A DNA stretch of 64,000 bases from Candidatus Eiseniibacteriota bacterium (GTDB taxonomy: Bacteria; Eisenbacteria; RBG-16-71-46; CAIMUX01; VGJL01): contig CAWBWI010000006.1 in assembly GCA_963792585.1 (NCBI GenBank), forward strand, positions 320,001-384,000, in the 5' to 3' direction. Position 1 is the first letter of the stretch. Every line of letters begins with the position of its first letter. The notes under the pieces are model-generated. The model made no database searches. It was not told where the DNA came from and was given only the letters and a program-made list of their open reading frames with translations. Both the position numbers and the translations under genes were made by a program. Shown piece by piece: positions 41,380 through 52,462 of this stretch.

Positions 41380-42269
41380 CGGCCGGAGCGGGGTCTGTGT
41401 CGGGTATTTGGCCGGCCCGGGAGACGACGGTCTTCCGGGCCGGCCCCCATACGTGGGAACTGGGCCGCCGCACGCTGGTCATCGGGATCCTGAACTGCAC
41501 GCCCGACTCCTTCTCCGATGGCGGGCAGTGCGTGGTCAAGGAGACGATCACGCGCCGCCTCATGCAGATCGTGGAGGAAGGGGCCGACATCGTCGATATC
41601 GGTGGGGAATCGACCCGCCCCGGAGCGATGGACGTCGATGTCCAGGAGGAGTGGCTCCGGATCCTCCCCGCGCTGCGCGCCGCGCAGAGGGAACGGATCG
41701 CCGTCCCGTTAAGCGTGGATACGATGAAGCCCGAGCTGGCCCGGCGCGCACTGGCCGAGGGCGCGGTTATCCTGAACGATGTCAGCGGGCTTAGGGCCGG
41801 TCCGGATATGGCGGAACTGGCGGCCGGATCCGGCGCGGCGATGGTGCTCATGCACATGAAAGGCAATCCACGGACCATGCAGGTCCAGCCCCAGTATGAC
41901 GATCTGCTGGGTGAGGTGCGGCAGTTCCTGGAGGCGGCGGTTGCGGTGGCGCGCGACGCCGGTCTGCCCGCCGATCGTGTCATCGTCGATCCTGGAATCG
42001 GCTTCGGCAAGACGATCGACGACAACCTGGCGTTGCTGCGGAACGTGTCGCGATTTCACGGATTGGGCGCAGGGGTCTTGATCGGAACGTCGAGGAAGGC
42101 CTTTCTGGGCAAGCTGCTGGGGGATCTCCCGGTGGACGAGCGACTCGAGGGATCGCTGGCATCGTTCGTCGCCGCAGTGCTCGCGGGGACGCATGCGGTG
42201 CGCGTGCACGACGTCCAGGCGGCGGTGCGCGCGGTGAAGATCGCCGACGCCGTGCGCGGGGGTGGCTAG
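41376..42269 (+). CDS. folP: Dihydropteroate synthase
   Basis: GILN.TPDSFSDGG, DIGGESTRPG, DPGIGFGK, SRK, RVHDV. Confidence 0.96.
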
Positions 42270-42325
42270 AAACCGGGGAGATCGTCTACGATCCTGCCGG
42301 AAGCAACCCCGGGAGGTCCCGGCCC

Positions 42326-43162
42326 GTGATGTTCAGCCTCCGCATCCTTCTGGACTTCGCCGACATCATTGTCGTCGCGATCCTCTTCTACCGTGTCCTG
42401 ACTCTGGTGAGGGGGACGCGGGCGGCGCAGATGTTCGTGGGACTCGCCGTGCTCGCCGTCCTCGGCGTCGTGTCGGAATGGCTGCAGCTCTCCTCACTCG
42501 ACTGGCTCCTCCGAAGCCTCAAGACCGTTTGGGTTGTCGGGTTCCTGGTCCTCTTCCAGCCGGAACTTCGCAAGGGATTGGCCCAGTTCGGCGGCAATCC
42601 GCTCTTCAAGCCGTTCCTGCCCGCGGCCGAGTCGGCGAGCCTGGGTGAGATCCAGAAGGCCTTGGAGTCGATGTCCCGCAAGGGGCTCGGGGCGATCGTC
42701 GTCATCGAACGCAAGGTCGCCCTGCGATCGTTCGTCGAGACCGGCACGCCGCTCGAAGCGGTCGTCTCCGCGGAACTCCTCGAGACGATCTTCACTCCCC
42801 CCTCCCCGCTCCACGACGGCGCGGTTGTGGTGCGCGGGAACCAGATCGTCGCCGCGGGCTGCATCCTGCCCCTGAGCCAGAACACACGTCTCGAGAGGAC
42901 GCTGGGCACGCGCCACCGTGCGATCGTGGGGATCTCGGAGGAGACCGATGCGATCGCGATCGCCGTCTCCGAGGAAACGCGGCGGATTTCGGTCGCCGAG
43001 CGCGGCGCCCTGCGTCGCCTGACCAGCCCTGCCGAGCTGCGGAGCGTGCTCGGTGGGCTGCTCAAGATCGACGAGTCGAACGCGACGGACCAGGAGCAGG
43101 TTTCCGTGCAACCACCGGACGCTCGCGAGAAACCCGCGAACTCGGTGAAGTCGGCCGGCTAG
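42326..43162 (+). CDS. cdaA: Diadenylate cyclase CdaA/DacA
   Basis: 3 TM; FQPELR..L, LHDGA, GTRHRA, VSEET. Confidence 0.95.
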   Translation: MMFSLRILLDFADIIVVAILFYRVLTLVRGTRAAQMFVGLAVLAVLGVVSEWLQLSSLDWLLRSLKTVWVVGFLVLFQPELRKGLAQFGGNPLFKPFLPAAESASLGEIQKALESMSRKGLGAIVVIERKVALRSFVETGTPLEAVVSAELLETIFTPPSPLHDGAVVVRGNQIVAAGCILPLSQNTRLERTLGTRHRAIVGISEETDAIAIAVSEETRRISVAERGALRRLTSPAELRSVLGGLLKIDESNATDQEQVSVQPPDAREKPANSVKSAG

Positions 43163-43185
43163 CCCCGCGGGGCGATCCGGAGTTC

Positions 43186-44100
43186 CTAGAACTCCTCGAC
43201 CCTCGAGACCAAGATTCCCTTGAAGATGTCCACGTGATCCAGGTAGGTCCGCAGGGGGACCTTCTCGATCTTTCCGCCGTCGTAATAGCCGGAAAGCGCA
43301 TGCAGGGCGGCATGGATGAGGTAGACCTCCGTCCCCTCGCGCGTGACGACGCCCAGGTGCTGGATGAGGGTTCCCGTCGCCCTGGCCTCGGCGCCCTTCG
43401 GTTTCGTCTCATCGAGGACGAAGAAGACCAGATCCCCCGGCTGGAATGCGGTGTAGTTGATTTGCGCCTTCGGGACGAAGGAGATCGTGCCGGCGGGGAA
43501 TCGCTCGTTGCCCGGATCGGGGCGGACCGGACCGATCTTCGAGGTGACGTCCTGTCCCCAGATCCCGCTGCGGAAGATGTCTTCCGAGTAGTCGTGATGG
43601 GAGGTGTGGTCGTAGCGGACGCGCCCGTCCGGGAGGATCGCTTCCTCGACCCCCGCCCCGTAGAAGCGGGTCCCGAACGCGAACTGGACCGCCTCGCGCG
43701 CGCTCGATGAGCGACCCAGCTCCGTCGTCCGGTAGAGGAAGAGAACGCAGTCGGTGCGGAAGTCGTCGCAGAGCCGCCCTTCGCTCACGTATCCGCCGGA
43801 ATCGAGTCCAAACAGATAACGCGCCCGGCCTTCCCGGTAGAAGAAGTCGGCCCAGAAGGCGATCCGATCGCCGACGGGCTTCGGCGCGATCGTCGCCATC
43901 AACGAATCGATTTCCGTGCTCGGCAATACGTTCGGATTATCCAGGTTGGCGCGGACCATGGTGTCGAATCGGGCGAGAATCGGCTCGCTGGCGTCATCCT
44001 GTCCGCGTGCGATTCGGATCATCCCGCACATCCCGACGATGAGTATGAGTAGAAAGACCAGGCGTTGCGCCCGTTGGAGACGTCCATGTCCGACCTTCAT
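43186..44100 (-). CDS. DUF1460/NlpC-P60-like amidase-family exported protein
   Basis: N-terminal TM; DCV.F, GD.VFF, HLGVV, LIHAA, GILVSR. Confidence 0.65.
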   Translation of the reverse strand: MKVGHGRLQRAQRLVFLLILIVGMCGMIRIARGQDDASEPILARFDTMVRANLDNPNVLPSTEIDSLMATIAPKPVGDRIAFWADFFYREGRARYLFGLDSGGYVSEGRLCDDFRTDCVLFLYRTTELGRSSSAREAVQFAFGTRFYGAGVEEAILPDGRVRYDHTSHHDYSEDIFRSGIWGQDVTSKIGPVRPDPGNERFPAGTISFVPKAQINYTAFQPGDLVFFVLDETKPKGAEARATGTLIQHLGVVTREGTEVYLIHAALHALSGYYDGGKIEKVPLRTYLDHVDIFKGILVSRVEEF

Positions 44101-44481
44101 TCGTTGGAACCCCACAGTACCTCCATCAGGCCTATCTTACGGGAATGAAGGCCGCGCGGGTCAAGCGACCGCGCCGGGGTTCGGGAAGGGAGCGGTCGGT
44201 CGAGCCGCCTGTACCGGACGGTTGCGCTTTCGCGCGACCGCCGGGCCCCCCGGTGACTGGTCATGCCTCCCAGAGACCCGCCACCTCAGACGTCCCGACC
44301 GACCTGCAACCCCCGCGCGGAAGACATGCAGGTTCTTTGCCAACTCGAGGCGAAAGCGTGAATCGTCCAACACAAATGTTTACATTGGGTTACGGTGGAT
44401 TCGCGGAAGGCCGAATTCGATCGAAGTTCGCGGCGCGACAGTCTCCTCGTGAATAGGCGACGTCGCCATGTGCGCGCGGGC

Positions 44482-45260
44482 TCATCCGGCATCCAGCTCC
44501 AGCAACTCCGACATCCTCTGCGCGTTGCGGGCGGCGCGACCCGCGTGGCAGTTGTTGAAGAACAGGTAGGTGTCGGTCGTCCGCATACCGAGATCCCGGA
44601 TGGCCTCGATCCAGCTCACCAGCTCGTGGTCCGCGTAGTCGTAGTCGTACCGATCTCCCCCACCTCGCCCCCACCAGTTCTGCGCGTTTCGCCCGTGGAA
44701 TCGGACATACCCAACGCCGTTCGTCTCCCGAACGATCGGAGGAAAGAGCCCTTTCAGGCGTGGTTCGTCGACCGAGCAGAATCCCAGACCGGCATCGCGC
44801 AGGTCCCGGAAGGTCTCCTCGCGCGCCCAGGAATCGTGGCGGAACTCGACAAAGACGCAGCGTCCCTCCATGCGATCCCCGATGAAGCGGAGATGGTCGA
44901 CGTTGCGGGGCGTTCTTCGAAACGCCCACGGGAACTGCGCGAGGGCGCCGAAGAACTTCCCTGCTTCCTCGAGCGGACGGAGGACATCCAGGAACGCCAG
45001 ATAGTGCGCCGGATCCTGCGAACCCTTGTGGGTCACATCCTGGTGCATCTTGACCAGGAAGCGAAATCCCTCGGGCGTCTTTTGCTCCATTTGAGAGAGG
45101 ACTGCCGGATGCGGCAGGCGGTAGTAGGTCGAGTTGACCTCGACGGTCTTGAAGAACCGCGTGTAGTAGTTCAGCCGGTCGCCGGCTTCGGAAGGTCCGG
45201 AGGATAGAACGTCCCGTCCCAATCATCGAAGGAGTAACCCGACGTCCCGATCCAGATCAT
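44482..45260 (-). CDS. DUF72 domain protein (frameshift near 45185)
   Basis: MIWIGTSGYSFDDW.G.FYP start overlaps the dinB stop; continues VEVNSTYY, F.VK, QFP..F, VEFRH.SW, YVRFHGRN, RYDY.Y, FFNN. Confidence 0.9.
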
Positions 45261-46450
45261 CGTCCCTTCTCCCGGATCAGCGAAGCGCGGCGGACGCTTC
45301 CTCTACCGTGACGTCGTCGAAGGTCGTCGATCGCGGTCTCAAACTCGTCGACTCGATCGTCATCGAACAGATCGCGCGTGGCAACACCCGTTGCGGGCCC
45401 GAGGCCCGATACCGAAACGCCGAGGAGTCGGACCGGCCGATCGAGATCGCACTGCCGGAACATCGCGAGAGCGGCACGAATGAGCCGGCGGGTGGAGGCG
45501 GACCGCTCTCCCAAACGGATCTGCCGTCCTAGGGATGTGAAATCGCTCCACCGGATCTTCAGGTGGACGGTGTCCCCAACCCAACCTTCCGCGCGCATGT
45601 CCCAGCCCACCTCGTCGCAGAGCCCGAGCAGGAGGCGCCGCAACTCCGATCGGTCGCATTCGTCCCGCGGCAGAGTGTATTCGTGCCCGAGCGATTTGGC
45701 CCGCGGCGTCGCGTGATATGGAATGACGGGGCTGCCGTCTTCTCCCCGCGCCGCAGCGCCCAGAACCGGTCCCCATATCCCGAACAATCTAAGGAGAACG
45801 CGATCCGGGGCGACCGCAAGATCGACCACGCGCCGGATCCCGAGCGCGTCGAGCTTTGGGATGCTCGCCTTCCCGACCCCGTAGAGCGCCCCGACCGGTT
45901 CGTTCGAGAAGCGCGCGCGAAACCGAACGACGTCCAGCGAGGTCCGTCCTCCCGGTTTGCGCAGCCCGGACGCCATCTTCGCGATCAATTTGTTGGGGCC
46001 GATTCCGACGCTACAGGTCAGTTGAAGCTGATCGAGGATCTGTTCCTGGATCGATGCGGCCAACGCCTCGCCGGTCGAAATGTCCCCGGCGATCCCGCGC
46101 GCATCGAGGAACGCCTCGTCGATACTCGCCGGCTCGACGAGCGGGGTCCTCCCGAGCAGATGTTTCATGATCCTTGCGGAGAGATCGAGATACCGGACGG
46201 AGTGACATGGCAAGAACACCGCCGTCGGGCACCGGCGCGCCGCCTCGGTGAGCGGCATCCCGGATCGAATGCCGAATGCGCGCGCTTCATATGAAGCGGT
46301 CGCGACGACCCCGCGCTGCCCCGGGATCCCTCCCACGATCAGGGGCTTCCCGCGAAGGCGGGGATCGGCGAGCGTCTCCGCCTGTGCGAAGAACGCATCC
46401 ATGTCGATATGGAGGATGACGCGATCCTCCCCCGTCTGCGCGGAATCCAT
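45257..46450 (-). CDS. dinB: DNA polymerase IV (Y family)
   Basis: HIDMDAFFA, ASYEAR.FG..SGMP, SIDEAFLD, NKLIAK.AS...KP.G, RLLGV. Confidence 0.95.
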   Translation of the reverse strand: MDSAQTGEDRVILHIDMDAFFAQAETLADPRLRGKPLIVGGIPGQRGVVATASYEARAFGIRSGMPLTEAARRCPTAVFLPCHSVRYLDLSARIMKHLLGRTPLVEPASIDEAFLDARGIAGDISTGEALAASIQEQILDQLQLTCSVGIGPNKLIAKMASGLRKPGGRTSLDVVRFRARFSNEPVGALYGVGKASIPKLDALGIRRVVDLAVAPDRVLLRLFGIWGPVLGAAARGEDGSPVIPYHATPRAKSLGHEYTLPRDECDRSELRRLLLGLCDEVGWDMRAEGWVGDTVHLKIRWSDFTSLGRQIRLGERSASTRRLIRAALAMFRQCDLDRPVRLLGVSVSGLGPATGVATRDLFDDDRVDEFETAIDDLRRRHGRGSVRRASLIREKGR

Positions 46451-46477
46451 CGGCGGAAACCTCCGCCTTCAGGATAC

Positions 46478-46491
46478 CATACGATTGTTCG
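46478..46491 (-). promoter_or_regulatory. Possible LexA (Cheo-type) box upstream of dinB
   Basis: Minus strand CGAAC-AATC-GTATG, versus the Gram-positive consensus CGAAC-N4-GTTCG. Confidence 0.3.
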
Positions 46492-46519
46492 TAATTCCAG
46501 GAAGGACGGAGGGGCGTTT

Positions 46520-47855
46520 CTACTGCGCGCCGCGCAGGCTCGGCAGCCACAGGCTCATGTCCGGCCAGTAGGTGATGACCAGGAGCGCGACGAGCAGGAT
46601 CAGCAGGAACGGCAGCGCGGCACGGTAGACCTCCGTCACCGGCCGCCGAACCGGAACGACGAGATGAAGAGGTTCAACCCGAACGGCGGCGTCAGGAACC
46701 CGATCTCGAGGTTCGTCGATGAAGATGATGCCCGAGGTGCACCAGGTTCACGTTGTATTCGAGCGCAATCGGGATGATCAGGGGCACGACGATCATCGCC
46801 GAGAAGATCTCCATCAGCGAACCGACGATCAAGAGGAGGACGTTCAGCGTGAGGAGGAAGGTGAAACGGTTCGTGATGAAGCCGCGGACCCAGTCGAGGA
46901 TCCGCATCGGCACCTCGGCATCGATCAGGAAGTTCGTGAGCCCGAGCGCGCGAGCCGAGGATGAGGAGGATCGCCCCGACGAGGGTCATGCTCTCCGTCG
47001 GCGATCGCGGGGATCTTCCTCCAGGGAATGTCGCGGTAGATCACGACCTCGACGAAGAGCGCGTAGAGGGCGGTCACCGTCGCCGCCTCGGTGACGGTGA
47101 GCTTGCCGCCGTAGATCCCGCCGAGGATCAGGATCGGGCAGCGGCACCTCCCATGCGGCCGCGCGAAGCGCCGGACCCGAGGTCCCGCAGCCCCGCGCGG
47201 AACGACAGTCTCGCCGGGCGCCCGATCCGTCGCCGTCTCCTCTCGCGAAGGCGTAGAGAACGACAGGATCGACGATCAGGAAGATCCCGGGAAGGAGTCC
47301 CGCAAGGAAGAGGCGGTCGATCTCCGGCGTCGTTCCCGCGGGCAGCGACGAGACCGCTCGCGCTCTGCGAGGCGACGTAGCTGTAGATGATGAGCGCCAG
47401 GCTCGGCGGGAAGAGGAAGCCGAGGCTTCCGGAGGTCGTCATCAGGCCCAGCGAATAGCGTTTGGCTGAATCCTTCCTTCGCCAGGGCCGGCATCAAGAG
47501 CCCGCCCATCGCGACGATCGTGACGCCGCTGCCGCCGGTAAAGGCGGTGAAGATCGCGCAGGCGACCATCGCGACGAGCGCGAGGCTCCCGGGAATCCAT
47601 CCGAAGAGCGAGCGGGTCAGCCGCACGAGCCGCTCGGGCATCTTGCTCTCGGCGAAGATGTAGCCCGCGAAGGTGAACATCGGGATCGACGAGCAGGATC
47701 GGCGAGGTCGCGAGCCGGCTCATCTCGGTCAGGACGGCGCTCGAGGAGATCCCCTGCAGCGCGAAGGCGATCAGCGCGCCGCCGCCCAGGATCACGAAGA
47801 GGGGCGTGCCCAGAAGCGCGAGCAGGACCAGCGCCGGAATGATGAGCCAGGTCAC
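46520..47855 (-). CDS. dctM: TRAP transporter large permease DctM (multiple frameshifts)
   Basis: P.FTFAGY, FTAFTGGSGVTIVAMGG, SGSLG.LFPPSL, NLEIGFLTPPFGLNLF spread over several frames. Confidence 0.85.
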
Positions 47856-48538
47856 TCGCCGCCCTCCGACCGCCGGCGGCCGTTCCGCCGGCAGACGCGG
47901 CTCCGCATCGGCGATTCTCAGACGCTCGGCCTTCTCGTCGGCCCTTGACCGGCGCGGGCCAGATCGCCTGCGACGAGGAAACGATAGGCGAGGAGGCCGA
48001 AACCCCAGAGGAGGATCGACTGCGCGGCCCAGGAGGGCACCCCGAGGAAGGGGCTCGCGCCGTGGTGGTACTCGTCCCGCGAGGTAGATCGTACGAGCCG
48101 TTGGCGAGAAGGGCGCAGCAGACGGCCGACGAAGACCGACAGGATCCGGCTCACGGGCTGCGCGATCCGCTTCGGGCATGCGCCCGATGCAGGACGTCGA
48201 TGTGAAGATGCCGCGCGTGCGAGGTCGCCGTCATCGCTCCGAGGAACGCGACCCAGAGCACGAGCGTGCGGACGAGCGGATCGAACCAGAGGACGCCGGA
48301 CCGGAAGAAGTTACGCAGGACGACCTGTAGGCCCGAGATCCCGAGCATCACGGCGAGGAAGACGCAGAAGAGCGCCCCCTCGATCTGCCGCGTCACGCGA
48401 TCGAACCGCTCCACGCCGAGGACGCGCGAGAAGACCGCGTGGAGGATGAGCCCGATCCCGATCACCCCGCCGAGCGACGAACAGGAAGACCGCGCCGGGC
48501 GTCAGGAAGGCGAGCGGGAGCGGCTCGTCCGGGATCAT
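47852..48538 (-). CDS. dctQ: TRAP transporter small permease DctQ (frameshifted)
   Basis: QVVLRNFF...W.DPL.R.LVLWV.FLGA..AT...RHL.ID. Confidence 0.8.
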
Positions 48539-49561
48539 CGCGGAGGCTGCGCCTTCGAGGCCCGGAACTCGTCCAGCGCCTGAAGGGCGGCGTCGAGCAC
48601 TTCCCGGCTATAGAGCTCGCCGACGAGCTTCTCGCGGACCGTCTTGCTCACGCCGTCGAAACCCGCCTTCTCCGCCTCCGACAGGGTCACGATCTTCCAC
48701 CCCTTCGACTTCAGGACGGGGATGCTCGTCTCGTTCTCCCTCGCCGTCTCCACGGCGAGCTGCGCGAAGCACTCCTTCGAGATCTCCTTCACGATCTGCC
48801 TGGCGACGCCGGGCTCAGCGATTCGAACGATCTTGCTCGAAACGATGACCGCGCCCTGCGCGTGCGTCACGGGAAGGTCGGTCATGTAGGAGATCCGCGT
48901 GAACCACTGAAGCGCGATGCACCCGAGCGCGGAGGTGTAGACGGCGTCGATCAGTCCGGTCTGCAGCGAGGTGACGACGTCGGTGATCGGCAGCGGCACC
49001 GGCGAGACGCCGACGGTCCTGCAGGAACGTCTCGGCGAGCGGATCGCCTTCCCACAGCCACATCCGGACCTTCTTCAGGTCCTCGGCCGTGTGGATCGGC
49101 GTCTTCGTGAAGAGATAGACGAACCCGACGTCGGACCAGCCGAGCAGCTCCCACCCCGCTCGCGGAGCTTCTGGTCGAAGATCGGCTCCATCTTCGCCTG
49201 CACGGCCCGGACCTCGTCGAGCGTCCGGAAGAGAAACGGGATCTCCATCACGCGCGAGCTCCGGAGCGATCTCACCGAGCCCGACGCCCGTGAATCCCCC
49301 GCCATGGAGCTGCCCCGCGCGGATCTTCCGCAGGACGACCGACTCGTCCCCCTGCACGCCGCCCGGGTAGAACCGAAGACCCGCCTCGCCCGCGGTCTTC
49401 TCGCGGATCTGCGGCGTCGAGCTGCTCCATGATCCGCATCCAGGTCGAACCCTCCGGGGCGATCGTCGCGATCTTGATCTCCACCTTCGCGCGCGGCTTG
49501 CGTCGGCGGCGTGCGCGCCCGCGGCGAGCATCAGTACGACGCGGCGGACGAGCGCGGCCAC
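48535..49561 (-). CDS. dctP: TRAP substrate-binding protein DctP (TatP-type; frameshifted)
   Basis: IKIATIAPEGSTW, FYPGGVQGDE..VLRKIR.GQL, GF.YLF, DV..SLQTGLIDA. Confidence 0.85.
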
Positions 49562-49588
49562 GACGCCGTGCGGGAACGACTCGTACCG

Positions 49589-50462
49589 CTAGAAGAGATC
49601 ATCCTTATGCTCCATCAGCCGGGCGGCTCTTCGCCGGGCGACCTCGTTCAGGAGCCGGTAGTCCGGCTCGATGTCGGCGGGCGCCTTCAGCACCTCGTCG
49701 AGGGCCGCACGAATCCTGCCTCGTCGAGGATCGCGCGGCAGTAGTACTGCGCGTACAACGTCTGGAAGATCAGGAGCTTCCCGTTCGAGGTCTCGAATGC
49801 CGCCTCGAAGTGCGCGCGGGACGATCTCGGGATCTCCTCCCTCATTACCGGCTTCGAGGCCACCAGGGTCCCCGAACAGCGACATGGGGCAGCCCGAGGA
49901 AGTAGCCGCAGTCGAGCTCGAGAACGCGGTGCGAGGGTCGCCTCGGCGTACGGGAGGTGCGCGACCGCGGCCGGATCGTTCATGTTCAGGTTGATCCAGC
50001 TCACCCAGTTCGCAGCGGTCCAGAAGAGGAGGGGCACGTCCCCGCGCCCGGCCTTGCCGGAGCCCCTTGCTGGAACGCCTCGAAGTCCTTCTCGGGATGA
50101 AACCAACCCGTCGGGCCAGGACCGTCGGCCCAGGTCGAACCCCTGCAGGTAGGGCAGTCGCGGCCTCCGGATCCTCGTCCTCGATGAACGCCATCGCGTA
50201 GGAGAAGTAGAGCTGGGCGCCGAGGGTCCAGAGCCTGCGATTCCCAGGATCGCTCTCGCAGAGTCCCCGGACCAGGATCAGGTTCGCGGGGACCGCTTCT
50301 CGATGGTCGCCAGGTCCTCGTCACGATAGACCGACACGACCGACTGCTCGATGATCGGGACCATGCGTGCCGACGGCCTGGCGGCGCACGCATCCCGCAT
50401 CCGGTCGCGAGCAGGGAGACGATCACCGCCCCCATCCAGAGTCCAAGTTGCTTTCCCCGCAT
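49589..50462 (-). CDS. TRAP-associated TPR-like lipoprotein TatT (frameshifted)
   Basis: Lipobox LATGC; Y..AFIED, LFWTA..W...I, GGD...A.AHFE.A, YA.YY, N..A...A..L. Confidence 0.75.
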
Positions 50463-50690
50463 AGATCGGCATTCTACGAGACAGGACCGGTTGGATCCAC
50501 AACGAGGGCCCGGGAGCGAGAGTCGGGCCGGGGACGGCGGGAATCCGATTCGCCTCCGGGCGCGGTGCGGCCCCGGACGGGCCGGGCCTCTCCCGGTTCC
50601 GGGAGACTGCATCCCGGGTGGAATCTTGGGAACTTTTCGGGCGCAGGGCTGTTAGCCGCTCCGTTCGCGCCCACCCTCCCCGGGGGGCGA

Positions 50691-50707
50691 CTTGACGTAA
50701 CGTCAAG
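50691..50707. promoter_or_regulatory. Palindromic operator overlapping a -35 box (LiuR/MerR-like)
   Basis: CTTGACGT-A-ACGTCAAG perfect 8-bp IR; TTGACG (50692) and TAGATT (50716) form a sigma70-like pair. Confidence 0.6.
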
Positions 50708-50781
50708 AGACTCCATAGATTTCAGAGACCGTTGGGTTTGACCGTCGCGGGCTCTGGTTTCACGACCCTTGGAGGGACGTG

Positions 50782-51731
50782 ATGATCGAGGTTCGGAATC
50801 TGCGCAAGACATTCGGACCGACCGTCGCCGTTGACGACGTCTCCTTCGACGGTCACAAAGGGGAGGTCCTCGGCTTCCTGGGTCCGAACGGGGCGGGCAA
50901 GACGACGACGATGCGGTGCTGACCTGTTACATCCCGCCCGATTCGGGAAGCGCCATGGTGGCCGGCTACGACATCGCGACCCATTCGATCGAGGTGCGAC
51001 GGCAGGATCGGCTATCTGCCGGAGAGCGCGCCCCTCTACGTCGACATGGACGTGACGGAGTACCTGACGTTCGTGGCGGAGATGCGCGGCCTTCCCGCCA
51101 GGCGATACGAACGCGGCAGATCGGCGAGATGATCGACCTCTGCAACCTCGGCGAGGTCCGCTCGGCGGCCGATCGGCGAGCTGTCGAAGGGTTCCGGCAG
51201 AGGGTCAGGCCTCGCCCAGACGCTGATTCACGACCCGGAGGTCCTGATCCTCGATGAGCCGACGACGGGACTCGATCCGAACCAGATCGTGCAGATCCGC
51301 GAGTTGATCAAGCACATCGGTCGCGAGAAGACCGTGATCCTTTCCACGCACATTCTCCAGGAGGTCGAGGCGACCTGCTCGCGCGTGCAGATCATCAACG
51401 ACGGCAGGATCGTCGCGCAGGGCACGACCGCGGAACTGACGCGGCTCGCCACCGGCGAGACGCGCGTCGTCGTCCGCATGAAGGCACCCGCCCGGCTCGT
51501 GGAGCCGAAGCTGCGGGCGCTGCCGAACGTGACCGGGATCCACGATCTCGGGACTGCGGGACCCGGCGATCGCGCGTTACGAGGTGATCGCGAGCGGCGT
51601 CGAGGGGGACGCGATCGAGGAATCGCTCTTCCGCATGGCGGTCGAGAACCAGCTGGGTCCTGACCGAGATGACCCGGGAAACCCAGAGTCTCGAGCAAGT
51701 CTTCCAGAAGCTGACGCGGGGGGAGGTCTGA
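50782..51731 (+). CDS. ABC transporter ATP-binding protein, GldA-like (multiple frameshifts)
   Basis: [57 protein letters not shown]. Confidence 0.88.
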
Positions 51732-51734
51732 GAG

Positions 51735-52454
51735 ATGGACACGCTCGTACCGATCTTCAAGAAGGAGTTCCGGGGCTACTTCCAGTCCCCGATCGCGTAC
51801 ATCTTCATCACTGTCTTCCTGGTCATGCTGCACGGCTTGCTCTTCTGGGCGACCGGCTTCCTGGTCGTCGCGCAGGCGGATCTGCGGGATTTCTTCGGCC
51901 TGATGTCGATCATGCTGATCTTCTTCGTCCCGGCGATCGCGATGCGCCTCTGGTCGGAGGAGATGAAGCTCGGCACGATGGAGCTGCTCATGACTTTTCC
52001 GGTGCGGGACTGGGAAGCGGTCGCGGGTAAGTTTCTCGCAGCGCTTGCGATCGTCGGCCTGGCGGTGATCCTCACGATTCCCCTGCCGATCGGGGTCGCG
52101 ATCTTCGGGAAACCCGACGCCGGCCCGATCATCGGCGGTTACCTGGGCACGCTCCTGCTCTGCGCCTCCTACCTCGCGATCGGCTCGTGGATGTCGAGCA
52201 CGACATCAAACCAGATCATCGCCTTCATCCTGACGATGCTGATCCTCTTGGTGGGCAGTCTCGGGATCGACTGGATCCGCCAGTTCTCCCCATCCTGGAT
52301 GGCTCCGTGGCTCTCGTACCTCTCGCTGCGCGAGCACTACGACAACATCTCGAGAGGAGTCGTCGACGCGCGCGACATCTTCTACTACCTGTCGGTGATC
52401 GGCTTCTTCCTCTATTTGAACGTCCGCGCCGTCGAGAGCCGGAAGTGGAGCTAG
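51735..52454 (+). CDS. ABC-2 permease, GldF-like
   Basis: KE...YF.SPIAY, PAI.MRLWSEE...GT.ELL.T.P, GKFLA, NQIIAF, RGV.D.RD..YY.S. Confidence 0.9.
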   Translation: MDTLVPIFKKEFRGYFQSPIAYIFITVFLVMLHGLLFWATGFLVVAQADLRDFFGLMSIMLIFFVPAIAMRLWSEEMKLGTMELLMTFPVRDWEAVAGKFLAALAIVGLAVILTIPLPIGVAIFGKPDAGPIIGGYLGTLLLCASYLAIGSWMSSTTSNQIIAFILTMLILLVGSLGIDWIRQFSPSWMAPWLSYLSLREHYDNISRGVVDARDIFYYLSVIGFFLYLNVRAVESRKWS

Positions 52455-52462
52455 GAGGGAAC

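Noticed and set aside
44116..44481. 365-bp intergenic region as a small gene or ncRNA
   Set aside because: The short ORFs lack an RBS and codon bias, and no convincing structure was seen beyond an AT-rich promoter-like patch
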